Part shown: positions 10,201 to 19,110 of the stretch, one piece after another
Layout: every line of letters starts with the position of its first letter
How positions within the stretch are numbered: the stretch's first letter is position 1
Source of the DNA: Planctomycetota bacterium
GTDB lineage: Bacteria > Planctomycetota > JAJSAM01 > JAJVHW01
Direction: 5' to 3'
DNA length: 64,000 nucleotides
Assembly: GCA_965248445.1 (NCBI GenBank)
Contig: CBDFJG010000004.1
Span: 1,184,001-1,248,000, forward strand
The notes under the pieces: generated by a model
Databases searched by the model: none
Told to the model about the DNA's origin: nothing
What the model saw: the letters and a program-made list of their open reading frames with translations, nothing else
Translations under genes and position numbers: made by a program

Positions 10201-10945
10201 CCTCGAAGAACCGGCTGATCTGAGGGTTCAGCCGACGAGGGCGGCGCGGCCGCTCGTCCCGAACCTGCTGGACGAGCTCGTGGAACGTGTCCGCCGCGAA
10301 CGGTGTCTTGCCGGTCGCGAGCTTGTAGAGCAGGGCGCCCAGCGCGTAGAGGTCACATCGCGAGTCAACGTCCTTGGCATGCCGCAACTGTTCGGGTGCG
10401 GCGTAGTTCAACGTGCCGACGAACATCCCGGTCCTCGTCAGGCCGTCCTCCTCGTCCACTTGCCGAGCGAGACCGAGGTCCATCACCTTGACGACGTGAT
10501 CGGGCGTGATCAACACGTTGCCCGGCTTCAGATCGCGGTGCACGATCCCCGCGGCGTGCACGGCTTCGAGGCCGCGCGCGATCTCGTGTCCGATGTGACG
10601 GCAGAGGTCCTCGGGAACGCGACCGAGTTCCCTGCGAAGTTCTCTGAGCGTCTGCCCCTCGACGTACTCGAGCACCACATACGGTTGTCCATCGATCTCG
10701 CCGCCGTCGAGGGTCCGCACGACGTTCTCGTGCTCGATACGCCGCCCGACAGCGAGCTCACGCAGGAACCGATCGCGGTAGCCGCGCTCTTCCACGAGGT
10801 GTGGGTGGACGATCTTGAGCGCGACGCGGCTGCCCTCGTCCAGACCCGGGACACGCCCCTCAACGACGGCGGCGTACACCTTCCCCATGCCGCCGGAGCC
10901 AAGCTCACGGTCGATGCGGTACGGGCCGAGGGTCTCGCCGATCAC
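7217..10945 (-). CDS. Ser/Thr kinase - STAND/AAA ATPase - TPR protein #2 (1242 aa from GTG 10945)
   Basis: Same motifs as #1 (HRDLKPGN, GEAGIGKS, IDDLH, GNPLF). Start assigned by homology (MIGETLGPY) and the shared promoter block. Confidence 0.92.
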   Translation of the reverse strand: MIGETLGPYRIDRELGSGGMGKVYAAVVEGRVPGLDEGSRVALKIVHPHLVEERGYRDRFLRELAVGRRIEHENVVRTLDGGEIDGQPYVVLEYVEGQTLRELRRELGRVPEDLCRHIGHEIARGLEAVHAAGIVHRDLKPGNVLITPDHVVKVMDLGLARQVDEEDGLTRTGMFVGTLNYAAPEQLRHAKDVDSRCDLYALGALLYKLATGKTPFAADTFHELVQQVRDERPRRPRRLNPQISRFFEELLLVLLSKKPADRIESACRLAELLERGEDDSWWSLKSTVLHQQTRRPTWSIRIPRDMECVGREQELAELRSAFDAAKAGDGQVVLLEGEAGIGKSRLIDELMRRLEMDGEDVNFLYGSYPPGGAATATGAFSTAYREQFGNAGCASYLSETPLLVPAFDAVLRGDAPPEDAQPLTSDSLKTVFVHATRALGRERPTVIVIDDLHFAPEEGRALFASLAAAVPDHRVLLVGTARPGLPTDWLANLQRLDHVKHREVRRLGAEDVSRLLSPLVGESLHAERLASAIAEKADGNPLFLVEILRSLRERGAISETDDGLRLTGEDGVEIEIPDTVQSLLDARLDGLDEEQRELLECAACWGFEFDGRLVAEALGVRTLPALRTFGALERQHGLVRATGGRFAFDHHAIQEHLYGRLAEAIREEYHAALAEALETRGKAVDKDPETLDGALSVDLAEHYLKGARGASAVRYLPAACAHLTKGYLHAQVVALTDRALAVPGLLVGTERAKALLRLADALDTMGRRTRHEECAREAERLAEEAGDDGVRGQAATALGAVFYRTSRHTEAEAAFRRALELAVARGDQKAEARATGNLGSVFESQGRLAEAKASFEWHLAMTREIGDRRGEATATGHLGNVFAYQGRLAEAQEHQERQLALSREIGDRLGEARATGSLGVVFSSQGRLAEAQEHYERHLAMTREIGDRRGETTATGNLGNVFVFQGRLAEAQEHQERQLALSREIGDRLAEARATGNLGSVFKSQGRPDEAKAYFERHLALSREIRYRGGEAIALVNLGPTWHALGNRVRARRALDESVALCREIGAQYPEGYGLLDLGRLEDEEGNPGEALQLTGESLALRRKIGHGDGVADSLIERGDLCRRAGDAGAARTSLDEALRLSREQGRAPQVALALTLLACLVGGDSDAAETALVEAGEAGDTPRVRWLLFRATGDRAHLEEAKRLLDESVAHVDEETRQSMLTNLRLSREIMAAWEEQGGGE
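7861..8460 (-). repeat. 120-bp tandem repeats (about 5 units) encoding 40-aa TPR units
   Basis: cggtccccgatctcgcggg recurs at 7983, 8103, 8223 and 8343 (variant at 7863); alternating LALSREIG/LAMTREIG units. Confidence 0.9.
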
Positions 10946-11368
10946 GGCGGCACGGTAGCAGGGGGCGGTGGGCCGAGTCGCTGGGCAGCGATCGGCGCTA
11001 CCGCGCGCGCTACGACTCCGCGCTACTTGCCGCGCAGTCGCTTGACGGCCTCCGCGGAGTTCGCACTTCCGGAGGCGGCCGCCTTCTCGTACCAACTCAG
11101 CGCCGCGACGCCGAGATGGCGGTGCCGTACGATGAGGCTGTGCGTAAACGACTGGCCGAGATGGTCGCGCAGCGCGTCGACGACCGCGTGCACGACCAGA
11201 TGAACAAGCGCGCTCGGCGCGTGCTGCGCCGCGAGGCGATCCTCGGGGCGCTCGAGGAACTGGGACTGATCGAAAGGACACGAGGCGGCCGGCCGCTGAA
11301 CGCTGTCAAACAGGAAGCCTTTTCGTGATCACGACATCCGCCGGGACTGCCGGAGCGAAGGACGACCC

Positions 11369-11698
11369 ATGGCTTCCGTGACGAGAGAGTTGCTCTTCGA
11401 GGTGGGTCAGATCGTGCACCACGTGCGCTACGACTACCGAGGCGTGGTCGTCGACTACGACCAGACGTGCACGGCGGACGACGAGTGGTACGAGGTCCAG
11501 ACCAAGGGGAAGGGCTACGAGCCGAGCAAGCAGCAGCCCTGGTATCACGTGCTCGTGGACGGGGCGATGCACCAGACCTACGTCGCCCAGCAGAACCTCC
11601 GGCCCAGCGATGACCGCCGACCGATCGACCACCCGAGGTTGAACGATGTCTTCGCCACGTTCCTGGACGGCCGCTACTACGAGGAGAGTCTGAACTGA
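11369..11698 (+). CDS. hspQ: Heat shock protein HspQ (YccV-like)
   Basis: FEVGQIVHH-YDYRGVV-D...QPWYHVLVD...TYVAQQNL...IDHP signature. Confidence 0.9.
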   Translation: MASVTRELLFEVGQIVHHVRYDYRGVVVDYDQTCTADDEWYEVQTKGKGYEPSKQQPWYHVLVDGAMHQTYVAQQNLRPSDDRRPIDHPRLNDVFATFLDGRYYEESLN

Positions 11699-11699
11699 C

Positions 11700-12054
11700 G
11701 CAGCCGGCAGAGTTCCTCGGGAACGCGCGGTCCAGCTCGACGAGCAACTCCTGCAGCGTCTGCCCCTCGACATACTCCATCGCCATGAAGTGCTGCCCGC
11801 CCGTCGCGTCGCAGTCGTAGGTGCGCACGACGTTCTGGTTGCCGCACCGTCTTCCCGATCTCCCCCTCGCGCAGGAACCGCTTGAAGAAGCCGGGTGTCT
11901 CCAGCAGGTGCGCGTGGACGACCTTGAGCGCTACGCGGGTGCCTTCGTCCAGACCCGGCACACGACCGCCCACGACGGCGGCGTACACCCTTCCCATCCC
12001 GCCGGAGCCAAGCTCGCGGTCGATGCGGTACGGGCCGGGCGTGTCGCCGATCAC
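11700..12054 (-). pseudogene. Frameshifted N-terminal fragment of a kinase-STAND-TPR paralog
   Basis: MIGDTPGPYRIDRELGSGGMG...GKTVRQP / NVVRTYDCDATGGQHFMAMEYVEGQTL / VPEELCR, with two frameshifts; breaks off at the hspQ stop. Confidence 0.88.
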
Positions 12055-12113
12055 GGCGGTAGCAGGGTGCGGTGGGCTGAGTCGCTCGGCGGGAGGCTCA
12101 GACGAGCCGCATG

Positions 12114-12158
12114 TGGCACGCCCGTGAGGAGTCGAACCTCAAACCTCCTGATCCGTAG
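12114..12158 (-). repeat. 3' half of tRNA-Arg(ACG), att-site remnant 2
   Basis: Reverse complement CTACGGATCAGGAGGTTTGAGGTTCGACTCCTCACGGGCGTGCCA; intact T arm, no 5' half. Confidence 0.88.
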
Positions 12159-12398
12159 GTCGAGCGCGCGGGCGGCAGGATCGACTGAGCACGGTGACTG
12201 CGGAGACCGATGGTCAATCTGGCTGCTCGCGATCTCGAGTAGGTTGCGCCCTAGAAAGCGGGAGAAGCCCAGGCCCGGACGGAAGTTCCCCAGGCGATCA
12301 CTACGGCCAGGACCGAAGTGGCTCCCCACAGGGCGACGTGGGGGTCGATGCATTGCCCGACTTCTACACTCTCGGCGGCCGGCGGAGCGCGGCGCCGG

Positions 12399-13727
12399 CT
12401 ACCTCTTCGTGAAGCGGATCTCCAGGCGGATGAAGCTCTCCGGGAGCGGTTCACCCTGAAACTCCGGCGGACACCCGAGAACTCCGAGCACCGCGCCCTC
12501 CGTCTCGAACCCGGAACCGGCGAACGGGGCCCAGTCGGGACACTCCCGCGCGCGATCCGCGTTCGGCTGGAGACGCTCCGGGAACCGGACGTAGTAGTCG
12601 TAGTCCCGAAACACGATCGCGTACTGCCTCTTCGCGTGTTCGAAGTGCGCGAAGAGGTCCTCCCAGAACTGCGTGGTCGACGAGAGAGTGAGCGTGCCCA
12701 GGTCGAGGGGCACGGAGGACGCAGCATCGGTCAACCGCCGGTCGTCCAGCACGACGTCATACGTCCCCGGCAGGAGGTTCGTCGGGAAGAACGGAGGGAG
12801 TGCGGGCGCAGTCTGCGGCGGCGGCAACGGCACGCCGCCGGGGTCGCCGACATCCGCCCGGTCCAGCCGGTCGAAGCCCTTCTCGACGAGCCGCGTCGCG
12901 CGCTCGAGTGCGCGCCAGTAGCGCGTGAATCCCCGCTTGAGCGCTCGAAGCAGCCTCGGGACCTTCCCGCCCGCTGTCGCGGACGGCTCTCCGCTCGTGT
13001 CGAAGAACTGCGATACGAAGTCATCCGGCGGCGTCACGGAGTCGGGCTGCTGCAGCGTGCGCTCGATCACCTCGGAGCGCAGGGCGAGCGTTATGTCGCG
13101 CAAGGAGCCAGGCCCCGGCTCGCGGTCCGCGTCCAGGTCATCGAGCAGAGAGAGTGCCCGGGCGAGCTTCCGCAGCCCCTTCTTCCCGAACTTGCTGTTC
13201 GCATCCCCGTTCGCGTCGTCGAACGCCGTCACGCGGTCGTCGATCCTCTTGCGCAGCGCCTGCGACTCGAAGCGCGCCGCCACGAAGAGCGCAGTCGTCC
13301 CGTTCGTGGTCGTGAACAGTCCGAACGGATCCACGCCGACCGACTGGAGAGTCTTCTGGTGCGCCTTGCGCAACGACCTCAGCCGCTCGACGCCGGTCTG
13401 CCCCAGCGCATTGTCCAGCTGCACGCCCGCCTTTCGCAACCGCGCGACGATCTTCGGCATCGCGCGAATCGCCTGCGGAGGAAGATGGTCGAAGACGTCT
13501 CCCAGCGCGCGTTCGCCGACCTCCGCGCCGCACTCTGCGGAGATGAGGGCCAGCAGGACCCACTTGTCCGTATCCGCGTTCGGGAGCTGATTAACAGGCG
13601 AGTCCGCAACGCGCGTTCGAGAGCACGCGTTCAGCGCATCCAACGCGTCGTTGGCGACGGCGATCGAGGTGCACAGCACGCCTGCCGCCAGCGAGATGAC
13701 GAGCCGCCCGGACTGCGCACGGGCCAC
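12399..13727 (-). CDS. Secreted hypothetical protein (about 442 aa)
   Basis: Long ORF. The probable GTG start gives a signal peptide MARAQSGRLVISLAAGVLCTSIAVA, with CATAGT just upstream. Confidence 0.6.
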   Translation of the reverse strand: MARAQSGRLVISLAAGVLCTSIAVANDALDALNACSRTRVADSPVNQLPNADTDKWVLLALISAECGAEVGERALGDVFDHLPPQAIRAMPKIVARLRKAGVQLDNALGQTGVERLRSLRKAHQKTLQSVGVDPFGLFTTTNGTTALFVAARFESQALRKRIDDRVTAFDDANGDANSKFGKKGLRKLARALSLLDDLDADREPGPGSLRDITLALRSEVIERTLQQPDSVTPPDDFVSQFFDTSGEPSATAGGKVPRLLRALKRGFTRYWRALERATRLVEKGFDRLDRADVGDPGGVPLPPPQTAPALPPFFPTNLLPGTYDVVLDDRRLTDAASSVPLDLGTLTLSSTTQFWEDLFAHFEHAKRQYAIVFRDYDYYVRFPERLQPNADRARECPDWAPFAGSGFETEGAVLGVLGCPPEFQGEPLPESFIRLEIRFTKR

Positions 13728-14002
13728 AGAAGAGACTATGCCAGGAATCACGGGCCACCCCCTTCGCACCGCGCCCACACAGTCCCCGGCGTCCTCCGGG
13801 ATGCGGTCGCGCCCCGATGGTACTGGCACACCTGGCTGGCGGATCACGGCGGAGCTGTCGACGGAGAAGGGCCGTGCGTCGACCCGCCGCACTGACTCGA
13901 ACGTCGGCGTACCGTGCCCGACATACCGTGCCAGGCTCGATTCGTCGGCTCAGGCTGTACACATCGAGCCCAGACACGATGACGCGCTCAGCCCGACGAA
14001 GT

Positions 14003-14088
14003 ACCTCCTGATCCGTAGACGGCGAGAGTCAGCCTCGTACGCTCGCCCAATGCGTCGCATGTGTCGCACCGTCTGCACGGTGTCGCAG
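14003..14088 (+). repeat. Short tRNA-Arg remnant (16 nt) plus island-end repeat
   Basis: acctcctgatccgtag followed by 70 nt matching 7032-7101; cut by the IS array. Confidence 0.85.
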
Positions 14089-14094
14089 CCCTAG

Positions 14095-15763
14095 CCGCAT
14101 CTGTTCACGAGACGTCGCGATGACGGTGCTTTCGGAGTCCACAGGGTCAGATCTTGGCCAGGCGAGGGCGGATGCTGTCGTCGTTGCCACAAGGGCAACG
14201 CGAGTGAGCGGCCGAAACGGCGCGGATTCTGCGGTGTGGGCAGACCGTAGGCCGGGCGGTGGTGTGGCGGACGGCGCGGCGGGACGTCAGGTCGGCTTCG
14301 GGGATGCCAGCAGTCGTTGCGCGCAGCGCTCGAAGACGTGCTGCCAGGGCCACGACGAGGACATCGAGACCCAGATCCGGCGCGTCGTGATCCGCACGAG
14401 CGCGCCGATCTTGAGCAGCCGCAGGCGGATCGTGCCGGCTTGCGCACGCGCCATCTCGGTGCCGGCGAGACCGATGCGTCGCAGCGCACAGGTCAGGACG
14501 TAGGCCATGGCCGACATGGCCATCCGCACGGCGTTGCCCTGCATCGTGTGCACCGACAGACGGGTGCCGAAGAGCTCGAGCTGCTGCTCCTTGATGCGAT
14601 TCTCCGCCTCGCCCCGGGCGCAGTAGAGCTGCTCGTAGAGACGCTTGCTGCTCCAGCTACGAGGCGGCAGATTGGTCACCACGAAGCGGGGATTGCGCTT
14701 GCCGCCCGGCAGGTGCTCGGCCTTGGCGACCACGCGACGCCTCTGGCTCCAGCTCCCCAGCGTGGTCCAGGCAAAGTCGCGAAAGACCCGGGCTGCTCGG
14801 CCGGTCTGCACGGCACGGGCTGCGGCCTCATCGAGCGCGTCTTCGACGTGTCGCTCAAGGCGCTCATTGCGCGCCATGCCCAGCAGGTAGAAGTGGCCGG
14901 CGGCCTCGCACCAGGCCATCAGCTCCTCGCGGCAAAAGCCCGAGTCTGCGCGCACGAGCACCTTGGCCCGGGGCCAGCGGCGCCGCAGACGTAAGACCAG
15001 CGCACGGAGCTCGTCCACGACTCCGCGCGCGGGATCTCTGTCAGCGGTCTGGAGCCGAGCGAGCAAGAGGTGCTCGCCGCAGAAGACGTACAGCGGCAGG
15101 TAGCAGTAGTGCCCGTAGTAGCCGTGGAAGAAGCGGCCCTCCTGCCGGCCGTGCAGCCGCACGTCGGAGTGGTCCAGGTCCAGCACGAGCAGGCCCGGAT
15201 CCTCCGGCCCCATGGCCTCGCAGAAGACGTCGCTGAGCACGCTGTCCACGCGCTCCTGGTCCATCTCGATCTTGGCGTAGCGCGTCTGTGCCGTGGCGCC
15301 GAGCTGCGTGGTCTCGAGCCGCGAGAGCGTCGGGTGCGTGGCCAGAGCACCCTCGCGCTTGCCGCACGCCGCGGCAAACAGCGGGTCCTTGCCGACATGG
15401 TCGTGGTCCACCAGATCCTCGTAGCCCGCGCACAGCCCGAAGACCCGCTGACGCAGCATCTGGCCGACCGTGTGCTCGACCCGACGCGGGTCCCGGTGGT
15501 CCCCGAAGCAGCGCGCAAACCGCGAGAGCAGATCGATGCGACGATCGACCCGCTCGAGCAGCAGCACGCCCCCGTCGCTCGTCACGGTACCGGCGTCGAA
15601 GCGCGTCACCGCGGTGCGTCCACAGATGCCCGCGAAGAGGGTCCCCTGCGGGCTACAGTCTGTCGTCATCGGGCCGGCGCTCCTGTCGGTGCAAGTACTA
15701 GCGAGTACGAGCACTTAGACAGACGACGGCCCGCTCAGATTCCCGGCTGGTGAACGATTCGGG
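14095..15763 (-). mobile_element. IS1380-family element, copy 1 (1669 bp)
   Basis: Imperfect IRs CCGCATCTGTTCACGAG / CCCGAATCGTTCACCAG; CTAG on both sides. Confidence 0.92.
14287..15669 (-). CDS. IS1380-family DDE transposase
   Basis: TSDGG, GYEDL, LDLDHS..HGRQEG.FFHGYY..CYLP, VRADSGF, YCARGEAENRIKE motifs; AGGAG before MTTDC. Confidence 0.93.
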   Translation of the reverse strand: MTTDCSPQGTLFAGICGRTAVTRFDAGTVTSDGGVLLLERVDRRIDLLSRFARCFGDHRDPRRVEHTVGQMLRQRVFGLCAGYEDLVDHDHVGKDPLFAAACGKREGALATHPTLSRLETTQLGATAQTRYAKIEMDQERVDSVLSDVFCEAMGPEDPGLLVLDLDHSDVRLHGRQEGRFFHGYYGHYCYLPLYVFCGEHLLLARLQTADRDPARGVVDELRALVLRLRRRWPRAKVLVRADSGFCREELMAWCEAAGHFYLLGMARNERLERHVEDALDEAAARAVQTGRAARVFRDFAWTTLGSWSQRRRVVAKAEHLPGGKRNPRFVVTNLPPRSWSSKRLYEQLYCARGEAENRIKEQQLELFGTRLSVHTMQGNAVRMAMSAMAYVLTCALRRIGLAGTEMARAQAGTIRLRLLKIGALVRITTRRIWVSMSSSWPWQHVFERCAQRLLASPKPT

Positions 15764-15767
15764 CTAG

Positions 15768-17436
15768 CCGCATCTGTTCACGAGACGTCGCGATGACGGT
15801 GCTTTCGGAGTCCACAGGGTCAGATCTTGGCCAGGCGAGGGCGGATGCTGTCGTCGTTGCCACAAGGGCAACGCGAGTGAGCGGCCGAAACGGCGCGGAT
15901 TCTGCGGTGTGGGCAGACCGTAGGCCGGGCGGTGGTGTGGCGGACGGCGCGGCGGGACGTCAGGTCGGCTTCGGGGATGCCAGCAGTCGTTGCGCGCAGC
16001 GCTCGAAGACGTGCTGCCAGGGCCACGACGAGGACATCGAGACCCAGATCCGGCGCGTCGTGATCCGCACGAGCGCGCCGATCTTGAGCAGCCGCAGGCG
16101 GATCGTGCCGGCTTGCGCACGCGCCATCTCGGTGCCGGCGAGACCGATGCGTCGCAGCGCACAGGTCAGGACGTAGGCCATGGCCGACATGGCCATCCGC
16201 ACGGCGTTGCCCTGCATCGTGTGCACCGACAGACGGGTGCCGAAGAGCTCGAGCTGCTGCTCCTTGATGCGATTCTCCGCCTCGCCCCGGGCGCAGTAGA
16301 GCTGCTCGTAGAGACGCTTGCTGCTCCAGCTACGAGGCGGCAGATTGGTCACCACGAAGCGGGGATTGCGCTTGCCGCCCGGCAGGTGCTCGGCCTTGGC
16401 GACCACGCGACGCCTCTGGCTCCAGCTCCCCAGCGTGGTCCAGGCAAAGTCGCGAAAGACCCGGGCTGCTCGGCCGGTCTGCACGGCACGGGCTGCGGCC
16501 TCATCGAGCGCGTCTTCGACGTGTCGCTCAAGGCGCTCATTGCGCGCCATGCCCAGCAGGTAGAAGTGGCCGGCGGCCTCGCACCAGGCCATCAGCTCCT
16601 CGCGGCAAAAGCCCGAGTCTGCGCGCACGAGCACCTTGGCCCGGGGCCAGCGGCGCCGCAGACGTAAGACCAGCGCACGGAGCTCGTCCACGACTCCGCG
16701 CGCGGGATCTCTGTCAGCGGTCTGGAGCCGAGCGAGCAAGAGGTGCTCGCCGCAGAAGACGTACAGCGGCAGGTAGCAGTAGTGCCCGTAGTAGCCGTGG
16801 AAGAAGCGGCCCTCCTGCCGGCCGTGCAGCCGCACGTCGGAGTGGTCCAGGTCCAGCACGAGCAGGCCCGGATCCTCCGGCCCCATGGCCTCGCAGAAGA
16901 CGTCGCTGAGCACGCTGTCCACGCGCTCCTGGTCCATCTCGATCTTGGCGTAGCGCGTCTGTGCCGTGGCGCCGAGCTGCGTGGTCTCGAGCCGCGAGAG
17001 CGTCGGGTGCGTGGCCAGAGCACCCTCGCGCTTGCCGCACGCCGCGGCAAACAGCGGGTCCTTGCCGACATGGTCGTGGTCCACCAGATCCTCGTAGCCC
17101 GCGCACAGCCCGAAGACCCGCTGACGCAGCATCTGGCCGACCGTGTGCTCGACCCGACGCGGGTCCCGGTGGTCCCCGAAGCAGCGCGCAAACCGCGAGA
17201 GCAGATCGATGCGACGATCGGTCCGCTCGAGCAGCAGCACGCCCCCGTCGCTCGTCACGGTACCGGCGTCGAAGCGCGTCACCGCGGTGCGTCCACAGAT
17301 GCCCGCGAAGAGGGTCCCCTGCGGGCTACAGTCTGTCGTCATCGGGCCGGCGCTCCTGTCGGTGCAAGTACTAGCGAGTACGAGCACTTAGACAGACGAC
17401 GGCCCGCTCAGATTCCCGGCTGGTGAACGATTCGGG
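15768..17436 (-). mobile_element. IS1380-family element, copy 2
   Basis: Period 1673 bp; a single CTAG between copies. Confidence 0.92.
15960..17342 (-). CDS. IS1380-family DDE transposase
   Basis: Near-identical to copy 1. Confidence 0.93.
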   Translation of the reverse strand: MTTDCSPQGTLFAGICGRTAVTRFDAGTVTSDGGVLLLERTDRRIDLLSRFARCFGDHRDPRRVEHTVGQMLRQRVFGLCAGYEDLVDHDHVGKDPLFAAACGKREGALATHPTLSRLETTQLGATAQTRYAKIEMDQERVDSVLSDVFCEAMGPEDPGLLVLDLDHSDVRLHGRQEGRFFHGYYGHYCYLPLYVFCGEHLLLARLQTADRDPARGVVDELRALVLRLRRRWPRAKVLVRADSGFCREELMAWCEAAGHFYLLGMARNERLERHVEDALDEAAARAVQTGRAARVFRDFAWTTLGSWSQRRRVVAKAEHLPGGKRNPRFVVTNLPPRSWSSKRLYEQLYCARGEAENRIKEQQLELFGTRLSVHTMQGNAVRMAMSAMAYVLTCALRRIGLAGTEMARAQAGTIRLRLLKIGALVRITTRRIWVSMSSSWPWQHVFERCAQRLLASPKPT

Positions 17437-17440
17437 CTAG

Positions 17441-19109
17441 CCGCATCTGTTCACGAGACATCGCGATGACGGTGCTTTCGGAGTCCACAGGGTCAGATCT
17501 TGGCCAGGCGAGGGCGGATGCTGTCGTCGTTGCCACAAGGGCAACGCGAGTGAGCGGCCGAAACGGCGCGGATTCTGCGGTGTGGGCAGACCGTAGGCCG
17601 GGCGGTGGTGTGGCGGACGGCGCGGCGGGACGTCAGGTCGGCTTCGGGGATGCCAGCAGTCGTTGCGCGCAGCGCTCGAAGACGTGCTGCCAGGGCCACG
17701 ACGAGGACATCGAGACCCAGATCCGGCGCGTCGTGATCCGCACGAGCGCGCCGATCTTGAGCAGCCGCAGGCGGATCGTGCCGGCTTGCGCACGCGCCAT
17801 CTCGGTGCCGGCGAGACCGATGCGTCGCAGCGCACAGGTCAGGACGTAGGCCATGGCCGACATGGCCATCCGCACGGCGTTGCCCTGCATCGTGTGCACC
17901 GACAGACGGGTGCCGAAGAGCTCGAGCTGCTGCTCCTTGATGCGATTCTCCGCCTCGCCCCGGGCGCAGTAGAGCTGCTCGTAGAGACGCTTGCTGCTCC
18001 AGCTACGAGGCGGCAGATTGGTCACCACGAAGCGGGGATTGCGCTTGCCGCCCGGCAGGTGCTCGGCCTTGGCGACCACGCGACGCCTCTGGCTCCAGCT
18101 CCCCAGCGTGGTCCAGGCAAAGTCGCGAAAGACCCGGGCTGCTCGGCCGGTCTGCACGGCACGGGCTGCGGCCTCATCGAGCGCGTCTTCGACGTGTCGC
18201 TCAAGGCGCTCATTGCGCGCCATGCCCAGCAGGTAGAAGTGGCCGGCGGCCTCGCACCAGGCCATCAGCTCCTCGCGGCAAAAGCCCGAGTCTGCGCGCA
18301 CGAGCACCTTGGCCCGGGGCCAGCGGCGCCGCAGACGTAAGACCAGCGCACGGAGCTCGTCCACGACTCCGCGCGCGGGATCTCTGTCAGCGGTCTGGAG
18401 CCGAGCGAGCAAGAGGTGCTCGCCGCAGAAGACGTACAGCGGCAGGTAGCAGTAGTGCCCGTAGTAGCCGTGGAAGAAGCGGCCCTCCTGCCGGCCGTGC
18501 AGCCGCACGTCGGAGTGGTCCAGGTCCAGCACGAGCAGGCCCGGATCCTCCGGCCCCATGGCCTCGCAGAAGACGTCGCTGAGCACGCTGTCCACGCGCT
18601 CCTGGTCCATCTCGATCTTGGCGTAGCGCGTCTGTGCCGTGGCGCCGAGCTGCGTGGTCTCGAGCCGCGAGAGCGTCGGGTGCGTGGCCAGAGCACCCTC
18701 GCGCTTGCCGCACGCCGCGGCAAACAGCGGGTCCTTGCCGACATGGTCGTGGTCCACCAGATCCTCGTAGCCCGCGCACAGCCCGAAGACCCGCTGACGC
18801 AGCATCTGGCCGACCGTGTGCTCGACCCGACGCGGGTCGCGGTGATCGCGGAAGCAGCGCGCAAACCGCGAGAGCAGATCGATGCGACGATCGGTCCGCT
18901 CGAGCAGCAGCACGCCCCCGTCGCTCGTCACGGTACCCGCGTCGAAGCGCGTCACCGCGGTGCGTCCACAGATGCCCGCGAAGAGGGTCCCCTGCGGGCT
19001 ACAGTCTGTCGTCATCGGGCCGGCGCTCCTGTCGGTGCAAGTACTGGCGCGTACGAGCACTTAGACAGACGACGGCCCGCTCAGATTCCCGGCTGGTGAA
19101 CGATTCGGG
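17441..19109 (-). mobile_element. IS1380-family element, copy 3
   Basis: Same ends; at least 8 SNPs versus copy 2; CTAG at 19110-19113. Confidence 0.92.
17633..19015 (-). CDS. IS1380-family DDE transposase
   Basis: Near-identical to copies 1 and 2. Confidence 0.93.
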   Translation of the reverse strand: MTTDCSPQGTLFAGICGRTAVTRFDAGTVTSDGGVLLLERTDRRIDLLSRFARCFRDHRDPRRVEHTVGQMLRQRVFGLCAGYEDLVDHDHVGKDPLFAAACGKREGALATHPTLSRLETTQLGATAQTRYAKIEMDQERVDSVLSDVFCEAMGPEDPGLLVLDLDHSDVRLHGRQEGRFFHGYYGHYCYLPLYVFCGEHLLLARLQTADRDPARGVVDELRALVLRLRRRWPRAKVLVRADSGFCREELMAWCEAAGHFYLLGMARNERLERHVEDALDEAAARAVQTGRAARVFRDFAWTTLGSWSQRRRVVAKAEHLPGGKRNPRFVVTNLPPRSWSSKRLYEQLYCARGEAENRIKEQQLELFGTRLSVHTMQGNAVRMAMSAMAYVLTCALRRIGLAGTEMARAQAGTIRLRLLKIGALVRITTRRIWVSMSSSWPWQHVFERCAQRLLASPKPT

Positions 19110-19110
19110 C

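Noticed and set aside
10946..11281. Long N-terminal extension of the 1354-aa ORF (likewise upstream extensions at 57705, 49511, 51730, 42140)
   Set aside because: Low-complexity Arg-rich translations; homology, RBS or overlap evidence supports the downstream starts.
11116..11328. 70-aa ORF MAVPYDEAVRKRL...
   Set aside because: Protein-like but no recognisable family or start signal; possibly a gene remnant.
6987..12158. Functional tRNA-Arg genes
   Set aside because: Only anticodon-loop-to-CCA halves are present; no D arm or 5' acceptor strand.
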